From Gammaproteobacteria bacterium (lineage in GTDB: Bacteria; Pseudomonadota; Gammaproteobacteria; Eutrophobiales; Eutrophobiaceae): a stretch of 64,000 nt of DNA. The stretch is taken from positions 800,001 through 864,000 of the forward strand of contig OZ244905.1 of the NCBI GenBank assembly GCA_965221695.1, in the 5' to 3' direction. The notes under the pieces were generated by a model. The model was given only the letters and a program-made list of their open reading frames with translations, was not told where the DNA came from and ran no database searches. The position numbers were made by a program, and so were the translations under genes. This document shows, in pieces, positions 31,821-41,423 of this stretch (its first letter is position 1; the number at the start of each line of letters is the position of its first letter).

Positions 31821-31970
31821 GGAACATCTGATTAAGTCAGATGTTCCTACGATACAAGGATGTATCGGCAAAATCAATGCCTATAAGGCATTGATTTTGT
31901 GAGGAAAGCAAAAATCGCATTTTTGTTTTCCGTACTCTGACAAGTCCAGGATGGACTTGTCAGAGTTTCC
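31821..31970. mobile_element. MITE copy B (150 bp)
   Basis: Same sequence family; TSD TTAG at 31817-31820 and 31971-31974. Confidence 0.9.
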
Positions 31971-32007
31971 TTAGATTAATACATCCTGTATATCCATGTT
32001 AATTAAT

Positions 32008-33282
32008 TTACTCCGCAACGCGGCAGATCATCAGGATGGCCTGGATATAGATCCTGATAATATCCAGCATATCGCCGATATGGACTGCCTCGCCCTGTGA
32101 GGTGGAGAAGCCGCCACCGCCGGTAGTGCGGATGCGGCCCGCCGACCCGTAATTCACCGTCGGTATGCCATAACGGTTCATGTGCGCGGCATCGCTGTAC
32201 CAGGTTTCCATGCCCATCTTCGGCGCCTCGCCCAACTGGTCGGTATGCGCCCGGATGATCGTCTGTACCAGCTCGTGGTCGTCCGCGATGGAGGTGCCGG
32301 GCGCGGAGAGGAAGATCTCCACCTTAACGCCGGCCAATTCCTCATTGGCGCTGGCTACATCCGCAATCAGCGCGCGCACCTCGTTATAGACCTGGACCGG
32401 CAGCACACCGGGTATGGTCCTGACGTCCATATAAATGCAGCAGTTGTCCGGGGTGCGGGCGCCGCGCCAGGGCCAGCCGCCCTCGATCGCAGAGACGTTC
32501 ACCCGGGGTTGGAAATCATCCACCTTATTGCGCTCGCAATAACCAGGGATCCAATCATGGATGGCGTCAAGGATCTTGCGCGACTTGTTGATCGCGTTGG
32601 TCTCCATCTTGGACCAGGCGGTATGGATCAAGCGCCCCGGCACGGTGATCTTGAGCCAGGTGGTGCCGCAGTGGCGCGGGATCAGCATCATGTTGGTGGG
32701 TTCACCCAGGATGCAGAAGTCGGCTACCGCGCCATGAGTAATCGCAAATTTGGTGCCGACGCCATAGCCCTGGTATTGCCTGCCCTCGAAATCGTTCACC
32801 GGCGCCTTCTCTATCTCGCCGGCCACTCCTGCGATCACCACATCGCCGGCCAGCTTGATGCCGGCCTTGCGGATCGCCTCCGTAGCGACGATATAGGTTC
32901 CCATCGCGCTCTTCATATTGAACGACCCCATGCCGTAGATCCATTCATTATCGACCAGCGTGGCTTTGCATTGATAACCGATGCCGCGATGGGCCTGCTC
33001 CGGGCCGAACGAGGTGTCCAGGTGGCCGTTGAACATCAGCGACTTGCCGCCGCCCTCCCCTTGCAAACGACCGATGGCATTGTAACGGTCGTCACCGATG
33101 GGCTGCAAGGTGGCGTCAAAACCCGCGCTGCCGAGAATCTCATGTAAGGCGCGGGCAACGCCTTCTTCCTCGCCGGTGGGACTGGGGATGTCCACCAGGT
33201 CCATCACCAGTTTTACCAGACGCTGCCGGTCGATGTGGTCGATGGCCTTGGCCAGCAGTTCCTTGTTCACTTCAGTATTCAT
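32008..33282 (-). CDS. M20 family (ArgE/DapE-like) amidohydrolase
   Basis: IPSPTGEE, LMFNGHLDT, IYGMGSFNMK, GEPT. Confidence 0.85.
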   Translation of the reverse strand: MNTEVNKELLAKAIDHIDRQRLVKLVMDLVDIPSPTGEEEGVARALHEILGSAGFDATLQPIGDDRYNAIGRLQGEGGGKSLMFNGHLDTSFGPEQAHRGIGYQCKATLVDNEWIYGMGSFNMKSAMGTYIVATEAIRKAGIKLAGDVVIAGVAGEIEKAPVNDFEGRQYQGYGVGTKFAITHGAVADFCILGEPTNMMLIPRHCGTTWLKITVPGRLIHTAWSKMETNAINKSRKILDAIHDWIPGYCERNKVDDFQPRVNVSAIEGGWPWRGARTPDNCCIYMDVRTIPGVLPVQVYNEVRALIADVASANEELAGVKVEIFLSAPGTSIADDHELVQTIIRAHTDQLGEAPKMGMETWYSDAAHMNRYGIPTVNYGSAGRIRTTGGGGFSTSQGEAVHIGDMLDIIRIYIQAILMICRVAE

Positions 33283-33299
33283 TGTTCATGCCTTTATGA

Positions 33300-34217
33300 T
33301 TATATGATCCGGGTTGTTAAAGTCCCCAGTTTTGCTATGGTCGCTTCCACCGTATCGCCCGGTTGCAACCACCTGGGCGAGTCCATGCCCGCGGCAACGC
33401 CCGGAGGGCTGCCGCTGGTGATGACATCGCCAGGGTACAGGCCCATGTGCGACCACCAGGAGACCAGTTCCGCGGTCTTGTAATGCATCTGTCCGGTATT
33501 GGCATGCTGACGCACCTCGCCGTTGACGCGCAGCGTCATGTCAAGGTCATGGGGGTCATCCAGCTCGTCCAGTGTGACCAACCAAGGCCCCAGGGGACAG
33601 GAACCCTTGAAGCTCTTGCCCATAAGGATGACCTTGTTCGAATGTTCCCGCGCCTGGATATCCCGGGCGGACAAGTCATTGAAGATGGTGTAACCCGCCA
33701 CATAATCGAAGGCTTCTTCAACGCCGACCCGGTAGGCTTCTTTGCCGATGATAATAGCGATCTCGATCTCGTAATCCAGTTGCCGGGTGAACACCGGCAC
33801 CTCGACTCCGGCGCCGCTGGGCGCTACCGACGACGGCGCTTCCAGGAACCCGGTTGGGTGCTCGAAATGGAAATCGCCCCAGTTGTGGGACTCCCATTCC
33901 GGGTCGTTCCAGGTGGTCAGTTCTTCCAAATGGGAGTCAAAGTTGCAGGAAGTATGCACAATCTTGCCGGGCAACGGCGCCGGCGCTTGCAAGGTAATTT
34001 GCTCTTCCGTATAACCATGCTCGCCGCCCTTGTCCCCATGCTTGGCCAGCAGGCTGCGGGCCTGGTCCATCTTGGCATCGCCGCCCTTGAGGAACTCGAT
34101 CATATCCGCCGGCAACAAGCCATCGGACAGGGTGGCGAGGTCCACGTAGACACCATTATGGTACGTCCCAATAGTGCGTTTTCCGTTGCTGTTAATATCA
34201 AATGTCGCTAATTTCAT
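33300..34217 (-). CDS. Fumarylacetoacetate hydrolase family protein
   Basis: LDYEIEIAIIIG, NDLSARDIQ, GKSF...PLGP, PGDVITSGSP. Confidence 0.92.
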   Translation of the reverse strand: MKLATFDINSNGKRTIGTYHNGVYVDLATLSDGLLPADMIEFLKGGDAKMDQARSLLAKHGDKGGEHGYTEEQITLQAPAPLPGKIVHTSCNFDSHLEELTTWNDPEWESHNWGDFHFEHPTGFLEAPSSVAPSGAGVEVPVFTRQLDYEIEIAIIIGKEAYRVGVEEAFDYVAGYTIFNDLSARDIQAREHSNKVILMGKSFKGSCPLGPWLVTLDELDDPHDLDMTLRVNGEVRQHANTGQMHYKTAELVSWWSHMGLYPGDVITSGSPPGVAAGMDSPRWLQPGDTVEATIAKLGTLTTRII

Positions 34218-34239
34218 GGTTTTTCCTCGAACCTGAGAA

Positions 34240-35325
34240 TTATTGCGCTGATCTGAGATGGGGTACGACCTCCTCTCCCATCAGGCGGATCGTTTCCAGG
34301 TTGTCGGCCTCATTTGCGCCGACCACCTCCAGCAACGGCAGGTTCAGTCCCGCATCCACCAGTTCCTGGGTGATCTCGAGGCAGTCCTCCGGGGTGCCGG
34401 AGATCACGGTAAACTTGCGCATCATCTCATCGGTCACGTACTGGGTGACATGGTCTTGTGTGCCTTCGGCAATGGCCTGGCGGAACGGGTCCCAGGCTGA
34501 GTCCGGCAGGCCCGAACCGGCCAGGATCACGTCATTCTTGATATTCCTGATCTTGTTCACGATATAGGTTCCCGTATACGGGCGGGTCGCGTCCCGCGCC
34601 TTGTCACCATCCCGGGAACAGGCGCAGAGGATCACGCCACCTACCGGAAAATCAGGCGCCAGAGATCGGCCCGCTTTCTCGGCCCCGGCCTTCATGTTCT
34701 CCCGTGCGTACTTGACGAATGCGGGCGAAGTCAGCCCTGCCAGCAGCATTCCATCGCTTTCGCGACCCGAGAGTTTCTGCATGAACGGCCCGGTAGCGCC
34801 CACGTAAATGGGAATTTCGGTACGTAAACCGGCGCCGGCCCGGTCGAACGCGGGCATGGATGATTCGAAATATTTACCCTTGTAGTCGTATGCTTCTCCG
34901 GCGAACACTTTGCGCATGATCTCTATGGATTCATGGTGGATACCGACCGGCCGGAGCTGCTCGATGTCATATTCGAGGTACTCAATACCCACCTTGCCTA
35001 CGCCGATACCCATGATGAAGCGTCCACCGGACAACTCGTCTATGCCCGCCGCCTCGGACGCCTGGATGGTGGGATGGCGCATGTAAGGCGAGGTGATGCC
35101 CAGCCCTATGGGGATTCGTTGTGTCGCCATGCTGACCGCCGCCAGAGTAGTGAAACAACCCCGGGCCTCCAGGCCGTACTGGCGAAACCAGTGGTAGGCC
35201 TCGGCAATCCAGAACCCACCCATCAGGTTGGACGCCTCAGTCTGGCGCGCATACGCCTGCATGGATGTCAGCGGTTCATAGGATTTGAAGATCACCCCAA
35301 CTCCGGGGTTCGCGGGCACACTCAT
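34240..35325 (-). CDS. LLM-class (luciferase-like, Mer-type) flavin/F420-dependent oxidoreductase
   Basis: FWIAEAY, TQRIPIGLGITSPYMRHP, DELSGGRFIMGIG, PIYVGATGP. ATG 35325 follows RBS AGGAG. Confidence 0.88.
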   Translation of the reverse strand: MSVPANPGVGVIFKSYEPLTSMQAYARQTEASNLMGGFWIAEAYHWFRQYGLEARGCFTTLAAVSMATQRIPIGLGITSPYMRHPTIQASEAAGIDELSGGRFIMGIGVGKVGIEYLEYDIEQLRPVGIHHESIEIMRKVFAGEAYDYKGKYFESSMPAFDRAGAGLRTEIPIYVGATGPFMQKLSGRESDGMLLAGLTSPAFVKYARENMKAGAEKAGRSLAPDFPVGGVILCACSRDGDKARDATRPYTGTYIVNKIRNIKNDVILAGSGLPDSAWDPFRQAIAEGTQDHVTQYVTDEMMRKFTVISGTPEDCLEITQELVDAGLNLPLLEVVGANEADNLETIRLMGEEVVPHLRSAQ

Positions 35326-35420
35326 TATTCTTTTTCTCCTGAAATCGTTGGTCGGACTATCTAAGACCACCTTGCGGCGGCCTGTCATGCCGATACTATA
35401 CCAGAATTCAGGTTGCCCGG

Positions 35421-37616
35421 TTAAAACCGATGCGTCCACACCAGGCGGGCAAACAGCTCGGTCTCATCACTCTTGTATGAACCGTTGTCCCTGGACCAGT
35501 CATGGTTGAGCGTCAGCGTCAGTTCATTGCCCGGCACGATAATCCAGCGCAACTGGCTTTGCAGCGTCATAACATGGGTCTCCGACTCTTGTTGCAGGTA
35601 ATTGGTCCAGGACAAGGTCGGCGTGAAGTTGATATTGAAACGAGCGCGGTTAATCTCAAACTCGAAATCGCCCACCGGCAGATCGATGTCGAACACCCTA
35701 CGTTCCAGGGTGAGATAAAAATGAGGCGTTGGCCGCCAGCGCAAAATCGTATGAACATCAATAATGTCACCATTATAAAATTCACCGATCTTATATTTTA
35801 CTTCCGTGGCAACAGGCCGGTGGCTTGCCGTCACCAGTTTGCCCCATAAAAAGTAGAAATCGTAATCGCCGCTGGGGATAATCACGCCGGGTTGGATTTC
35901 AAAAGGCTCAAACAGAGTTTCATGCTGCCAATTGCCCCAGAATTGAAACTGGTCGCCATGATGACTTTCCAAGTCAAAAAACCGCAGGTACACGTGAGCG
36001 CTCTCAAGCTCGTTGTCCATCGTCGTCGTGAATGACGATTCAAAACCCCAGTTGATCATTCTCAGCAGGCGGTTATCTTCTGGCCTGATCCGGTAGCGTA
36101 AATCGCCTTCATATTTTCTGATGCCTGAGCGGTTGACAAAACCAATAGCCGGGTTAAAATTTTCCTGAATTTCCTGGTATCTCACCCTGGCATTCCAACG
36201 GTCATTGGGGAAGTCCAGTGTGATCCCATAGGACCACTCATCATTGTCGATGCCTTCGCTGAATGATTTCATGGCATAGACATCGGCCACAAACACCTGG
36301 GAACCGAACAAGCTGCTGTTGCGGTAGCGGTAATCAATGCCGGCGACGCCGTTGTCATTATCGCTTACAGGGTTACCATAGGTCATCATGGCGCCGATCC
36401 GGGATTCGGCCTGGATATCCCCGGCAATTCTCGCCACCGACAGGTTTGTTGAACTGATGCCCTGACCGCCAGCCAACTGCGTGTTCAACAGGCCCATGGT
36501 ATAGCGTCCGACCCGACCGCTTAGCTTGGCGCCGATATCAATGTCAAGAGGTTCCGGGTTTTCCTTGTCGAAAGGGAGTCCGATACGTCTTGAGAAAAAC
36601 GGAATGCCGTTTACCTCCTTAAGGCCGCCAAACTCGAAGATGTCCGCGTCACGGACGAAAAAATCGCGCTGCTCCGGAAAAAACAGGTTGAAGCGGGTCA
36701 GGTTGGTCTTGATATCATCCACCACTGCATTGGAAAAATCCGGGTTGATGACCAGCGACCCGTTCAGCGAGGGCTTGAGCTTGTATATGACTTCCGCGCC
36801 CGGCTTGATGGTGAGATCATTGTCATCGCTGTCAAAGCGGCGGCGGTAACGGGTTGCTAACTGGGGTTTTATGTCCAGTCCTCGCCCCTGGTTGAGATTC
36901 TCAAGACCCAACAAATCCCCGAAGGCGGCCACGTAAGTTAAATTCTTGTCCTGATCATGGTTGGCCCATAATGCGAATTCATTGCGCCGCCTGATATAAC
37001 GTTCCAACTCCAGCCCCCAGGCCGGCGCCTCGGCATCCATGGACAAGGTCTTGAAAGGGATGGCAAATTCAGCAACCCAGCCGGTTTCGTTCCGGCTTGC
37101 GGCGCCGTGCCAGATGCCATCCCATTCCAGGCGGAATGATGAGTTGTTCTCAATGCGACCATCACCTTTCGTGCCCAGGGCATTCATATAAAACATGAAC
37201 GCATTCTTTCGGTCCAGAAGGGAATCAATCGCAATGGTAAAGATGTCGTCATTCAACATCTCCTCATCTTCCCGCAGTTCCATGGCAACGATGGCGTCCG
37301 GATTGCGGTCATGAAGACGCACACCGACGTACAGCATGGCGCGATCATAGGCCAGGTAAGCTTCCGTCACTTCGCTGACGGGCGCCCCTTCAATAGGCAC
37401 GCGCTGGTAGAACTCCGTTACCAGGGTTGCATCCTTCCACGCCGCATCATCCAGCGCGCCATCAATGACCGGCGCCTTGTCTATCCTCTGAATGTGGATT
37501 TGTGGTTCATTGGCATGGCTGGAAGTCGCTGCAGTAGACAGGATCAACAGCAACAGCCAATGATTCGGATTGAATGAAATCCCGCTGGCGCCAAGTAATG
37601 GATATTTGTTATGCAA
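35421..37616 (-). CDS. CBM9-like plus DUF5916 outer-membrane protein
   Basis: APVIDGALDDAAW, EFAIPFKTL, INPDFS, RFNLFFPEQRDFF, FFSRRIG; C-terminal F. Confidence 0.85.
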   Translation of the reverse strand: MHNKYPLLGASGISFNPNHWLLLLILSTAATSSHANEPQIHIQRIDKAPVIDGALDDAAWKDATLVTEFYQRVPIEGAPVSEVTEAYLAYDRAMLYVGVRLHDRNPDAIVAMELREDEEMLNDDIFTIAIDSLLDRKNAFMFYMNALGTKGDGRIENNSSFRLEWDGIWHGAASRNETGWVAEFAIPFKTLSMDAEAPAWGLELERYIRRRNEFALWANHDQDKNLTYVAAFGDLLGLENLNQGRGLDIKPQLATRYRRRFDSDDNDLTIKPGAEVIYKLKPSLNGSLVINPDFSNAVVDDIKTNLTRFNLFFPEQRDFFVRDADIFEFGGLKEVNGIPFFSRRIGLPFDKENPEPLDIDIGAKLSGRVGRYTMGLLNTQLAGGQGISSTNLSVARIAGDIQAESRIGAMMTYGNPVSDNDNGVAGIDYRYRNSSLFGSQVFVADVYAMKSFSEGIDNDEWSYGITLDFPNDRWNARVRYQEIQENFNPAIGFVNRSGIRKYEGDLRYRIRPEDNRLLRMINWGFESSFTTTMDNELESAHVYLRFFDLESHHGDQFQFWGNWQHETLFEPFEIQPGVIIPSGDYDFYFLWGKLVTASHRPVATEVKYKIGEFYNGDIIDVHTILRWRPTPHFYLTLERRVFDIDLPVGDFEFEINRARFNINFTPTLSWTNYLQQESETHVMTLQSQLRWIIVPGNELTLTLNHDWSRDNGSYKSDETELFARLVWTHRF

Positions 37617-37744
37617 GTCGTCTGATAATGTGTAATCAGGCTTCTGGCAATTTTAGCATGAGGCCGGATGTTATGATATTGACATTCACATCCGGCAACA
37701 GCGCTTGCCCGTTAGCAAGAAAGCCAGGTAATGGGAAACGCGGG

Positions 37745-38884
37745 CTAAGACATGACTCGAGCGGCGCTTTCGAGCAACCGGCCCGGAGCCAGTTGCCTGA
37801 GCAAATCGTCCCCGATGCCTGCGCGCTCCAGTGGCGATTCGCCGGTGATCAAAGCGGTTGCCAGTCTTGCCATGCCGGGAGAGGTCTGCACGCCGTAGCC
37901 GCCCTGCCCTGCCAGCCAGAAAAAACCCTCCGTGCGGGGGTCGAAACCGACTACGAAGGTCTTGTCCGGCGCGAAAGTCCGCAGACCTGCCCAGCGGTGG
38001 GACACGCGCGACACCGTCAGGCCTGTTGCGGTTTCAAACCGATCCACCGCCAGGGCGACATCCAGTTCCTCCGGTTGGGCGTCACAGGGAGAGCTGGGTG
38101 TCTCATCCGCCGGCGACAGCAGCAAGGCGCCGGCATCCGGCTTGAAATAGAACTCCTCCTCCACATTGACCATCAGCGGCCAGTCGGTGATATCATGTCC
38201 TTCGGGAGCATCAATCAGGATGGCCGTACGGCGTTTCGGCTGCAAACCGAGCGCATCCAGTCCCGCCAGGCGCGCGACCTCATCCACCCAGGCGCCGGCG
38301 GCGTTGATGACCAGCGGCGCGCTCAGTGTTTCATCCCCGGCGACGACTTTCCACACGCCATTGCTGCGGGACAAACCGCGGACTTCGTGGCCGGAGTACA
38401 ATTTCCCGCCGCGATCGCGCAGGCGTCGCAGGAATCCCTGCAATATGGCATCTACATCCAGGTCGCCGCCGGTGTTATCCAGCAATCCTCCTTGCAGGTA
38501 ACCGGGCAGGATGACCGGGACCCGTTCCCGCACTTGTTCGGGGTCGAGCCTTTGCAGGAAGGGGACTTCGTCCTGCAACGCTGTCATGGCTGCGCGTTGG
38601 TCCGGCCGGCCGAAAAAGATGTAGGAACGAGGTCGCAGCAGCGGGATATCGGAAAATCCCCGGGGTGGCGAACGGTAGAAGGGTTCACTGGCGGCCGTGA
38701 CCGCGCGCACCGCGGCATTGCCATACGAAACTGCGAAAAACGCGGCGGAACGGCCGGTGGCATGGTAACCGGGCTGCGGCTCCCGCTCCAGAACAATAAC
38801 GCGCTTCGTCGACGCCAGTTCGGAGGCCGCGGAAACACCGGCGATACCGGCGCCGATGACGATGATATCCGCGCTTACAGCCAT
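37745..38884 (-). CDS. FAD-dependent D-amino acid oxidoreductase (DadA/DauA-like)
   Basis: IGAGIAG, HATGRSAA, NAAGAW, WAGLRTF, GQGGYG. Confidence 0.9.
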   Translation of the reverse strand: MAVSADIIVIGAGIAGVSAASELASTKRVIVLEREPQPGYHATGRSAAFFAVSYGNAAVRAVTAASEPFYRSPPRGFSDIPLLRPRSYIFFGRPDQRAAMTALQDEVPFLQRLDPEQVRERVPVILPGYLQGGLLDNTGGDLDVDAILQGFLRRLRDRGGKLYSGHEVRGLSRSNGVWKVVAGDETLSAPLVINAAGAWVDEVARLAGLDALGLQPKRRTAILIDAPEGHDITDWPLMVNVEEEFYFKPDAGALLLSPADETPSSPCDAQPEELDVALAVDRFETATGLTVSRVSHRWAGLRTFAPDKTFVVGFDPRTEGFFWLAGQGGYGVQTSPGMARLATALITGESPLERAGIGDDLLRQLAPGRLLESAARVMS

Positions 38885-39236
38885 ATCAAGCTGCCGGATT
38901 GGTTATATCGGGTATAGCGTGTCAAAAGCGTATTTTCCGCAGCGGGGCCATATAAGCAGCCATATACACTACTCATATGAAAAGCTGGTGGTATATCATT
39001 GCCGTTGTGAGTTGTTCTGCACACCGAGAGTTGAATTGTGTTCCGTTCAGTAGCGGCATGGATTTGGTATACCATTATCATACTCCGTTGCGATACCGAA
39101 ATTGTCTGTGTAACGGTCGGCGTAAGCCAACCTGTGTAGTATCCTTTTACACAGGCAAACCGTCTACCCTTGACATGTCGTTACCCCATCGTGTTTCATA
39201 CACATCCTAACATACGGTTAACCCCTTATCGACCCG

Positions 39237-40199
39237 ATGACTCCCCCTGACTACCATGATGTAACCAAAGCCCGCGAGCAGGTATATCAATACTTGCGTC
39301 CTACCCTGCTGAATGAATGGCCGCTGTTGAGACAGCGGTTCGGTTTCCGCTACCTGCTCAAACACGAAAACCACCAGCCCACCGGGGCGTTCAAGGTGCG
39401 TGGCGGCGTCAACCTGCTGAGCCGCCTGTCCGAAGATCAGAAACAGCGAGGCATCATCAGTTGCACCACCGGCAACCACGGACAGTCATTGGCCTATGCC
39501 GCGCGCCGCTTCGGCATTGCCTGCGTCCTGGTCGTGCCGGAAAACAACAATCCGGGGAAGAATCAGTCCATGCGGGCGCTAGGCGCGGACCTGATCGAAC
39601 ATGGCAAGGATTTCGACGAAGCAAAGAATTATTGTGAACGCCTGGCGCAGGAACAAGGGCTGCGTTACGTGCATTCCGCCAATGAACCCCTTCTGATCGC
39701 CGGGGTCGGCTCTATGGCTGACGAGGTATTCGACCAGGAGCCGGCGCCGGATGTAGTGATTGTCCCTATCGGTCTGGGCAGCGGCATCTGTGGCACGGCT
39801 ATCGTCGCGGCAGAACGCAATCCTGCAACAAAGGTCATAGGCGTGCAATCTGTGGGAGCGCCGGCAGTAACAGAGTCTTTCAAGCGCGGCAAAAACGTGA
39901 AATACGATTCGGTGGACACCATCGCCGAGGGCCTGGCCACCCGGGCGCCGTCAGACATAACGTTGGAGATCATGCGCCGGCTGGTAAGCGATATCGTTCT
40001 GGTCACAGATGAGGAAATCAAACAGGCTATGGCCTGGCTGCTGGAAACCACCCACAACCTGGCCGAACCGTCCGGCGCCGCGGCTACCGCGGCTGCATGG
40101 AAGCTGCGCGACCACTTTAAAGGTAAGACGGTTGTCGGCATCCTGTCCGGCGGCAATTGCAATATGCGCTTGCTGGCAGAAGTCTGTAAGGGTATTTAA
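39237..40199 (+). CDS. PLP-dependent threonine/serine dehydratase family protein
   Basis: KHENHQPTGAFKVRG, GNHGQ, PIGLGSG, SGGN. Confidence 0.92.
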   Translation: MTPPDYHDVTKAREQVYQYLRPTLLNEWPLLRQRFGFRYLLKHENHQPTGAFKVRGGVNLLSRLSEDQKQRGIISCTTGNHGQSLAYAARRFGIACVLVVPENNNPGKNQSMRALGADLIEHGKDFDEAKNYCERLAQEQGLRYVHSANEPLLIAGVGSMADEVFDQEPAPDVVIVPIGLGSGICGTAIVAAERNPATKVIGVQSVGAPAVTESFKRGKNVKYDSVDTIAEGLATRAPSDITLEIMRRLVSDIVLVTDEEIKQAMAWLLETTHNLAEPSGAAATAAAWKLRDHFKGKTVVGILSGGNCNMRLLAEVCKGI

Positions 40200-40226
40200 G
40201 GAAGCTCTGACTTAATCAGAGGTTCC
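40200..40226. mobile_element. Minimal 27-bp MITE derivative
   Basis: GGAAGCTCTGA-CTTAA-TCAGAGGTTCC flanked by TTAA at 40196-40199 and 40227-40230. Confidence 0.75.
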
Positions 40227-40230
40227 TTAA

Positions 40231-40323
40231 CCGTGCCACTCCCGCCCCTGCTCAACTCCATACAGGGGCAGGCTGAAAAGCGGGAGTCCAGTCTATTACT
40301 GTGTCGCCCGCAGGGCGACTCTT
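40231..40323. repeat. Composite REP/BIME-like element
   Basis: CCACTCCCG..GCGGGAGTCCAGT with a nested CCCCTG..CAGGGG insert, plus a GTCGCCC/GGGCGAC hairpin. Confidence 0.8.
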
Positions 40324-40327
40324 TAAT

Positions 40328-40657
40328 CTACGGGTGTCCTGTTTTATTCCGGAGATATGAACGCGGCTGAATTTTTTTCAGCAAGTCCATATCCATAATC
40401 CACATACAGAGCAGCAGGCGGGTACCGGGTTGCAGGCTGTTGGCGAAGTTCATCTGGGCGGCAGGCTTGTCCTGCAAGGACTTGAGTGTCTTGATGCCGT
40501 CGGCGATAGATGCCACGATTTCATCGCCAAGGTTCAGGTCAGCAATATCCAGTTGCTCGGCGTGCTCTACCGTTTCCTGGCCAAACAGAAAAGCGAGCTC
40601 AGCGCGCGCCTGTTCATGATCTTCCCTGGACCGGGTAAAATCATCGTCAGCACGCAT
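40328..40657 (-). CDS. Hypothetical protein
   Basis: 109-aa ORF with plausible globular composition in a gap lacking a better ORF. Confidence 0.6.
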   Translation of the reverse strand: MRADDDFTRSREDHEQARAELAFLFGQETVEHAEQLDIADLNLGDEIVASIADGIKTLKSLQDKPAAQMNFANSLQPGTRLLLCMWIMDMDLLKKIQPRSYLRNKTGHP

Positions 40658-40919
40658 CTGAGCAAAGCATTCGAGTCATGAAAACCGTTTTTCAGCCAGT
40701 CCGGCGCCGGAGCGCAGAACTCTTTGAGTAAACCGGAGACTCCTACGCTACAGCGGCGCGCCGTCAAAATCAATGACTTTAGGAGCCTCGGCTTCAAGGT
40801 GAATGTATACTTTTATCTTACCGCTTACCCCGGGAGCCCGGCGCACTTTGAGCCGGACAAGCTTGTTCAGCGCTTGTTGTAAGATATAATCATCACGAAC
40901 GACCGGCAAATGTTTCCGT

Positions 40920-41423
40920 ATGACGATGACCCCAGAGACTACCATTGAAATCAGCAAGGAAGACCTGAAGTTTTCCGCCGCCCATTTCACGATCTTCTCG
41001 GCCACGGAGCGTGAGCGGCTGCATGGCCACAACTTCGGAGTCTACGTATCTGTTACCGCGCCGGTGGGCGAGAACGGCATGTGCTTTAATTATGCAGAGT
41101 TGAAATCCCGGCTCAGGGCATTATGCGTAGAACTGGACGAATATACGCTGTTGCCGGCGCATTCCCCATACCTGGAGATCACCGAGAACGACGGGCAGTA
41201 TGTCATCGGCTTTAACGACGAAACCCTGTACTTCTCCAAGCGGGACACAAAACTGTTGCCGTTGCGGAACACCACTGTGGAGGAGTATTCACATTATCTG
41301 CTGTCCCGCCTGGTGCAGGACAAAGCGTTTTTTGGTCCTGACAGAGTCAGGGCGATCATTCTGAAGGTATCATCGGGGCCGGGACAATGGGGTTCAGCCA
41401 GTTGGGAGGCGGCAGAAGCATGA
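40920..41423 (+). CDS. 6-pyruvoyl/6-carboxy-tetrahydropterin synthase family (COG0720), PTPS-III-type motif
   Basis: FSAAHF...ERLHGHN...NTTVEE; Glu rather than Cys precedes HGH. Confidence 0.85.
   Translation: MTMTPETTIEISKEDLKFSAAHFTIFSATERERLHGHNFGVYVSVTAPVGENGMCFNYAELKSRLRALCVELDEYTLLPAHSPYLEITENDGQYVIGFNDETLYFSKRDTKLLPLRNTTVEEYSHYLLSRLVQDKAFFGPDRVRAIILKVSSGPGQWGSASWEAAEA

Noticed and set aside
31786-31827. Longer fbiC N-terminus from the ORF track
   Set aside because: That start codon lies inside MITE B and is created by the insertion.
29216-31970. Composite transposon of MITE A and B carrying fbiC
   Set aside because: Each copy has its own different TSD on both sides, indicating independent insertions.
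37574-38917. 447-aa plus-strand ORF
   Set aside because: Antisense to a clear FAD oxidoreductase; no motifs; expected from GC-rich codon bias.
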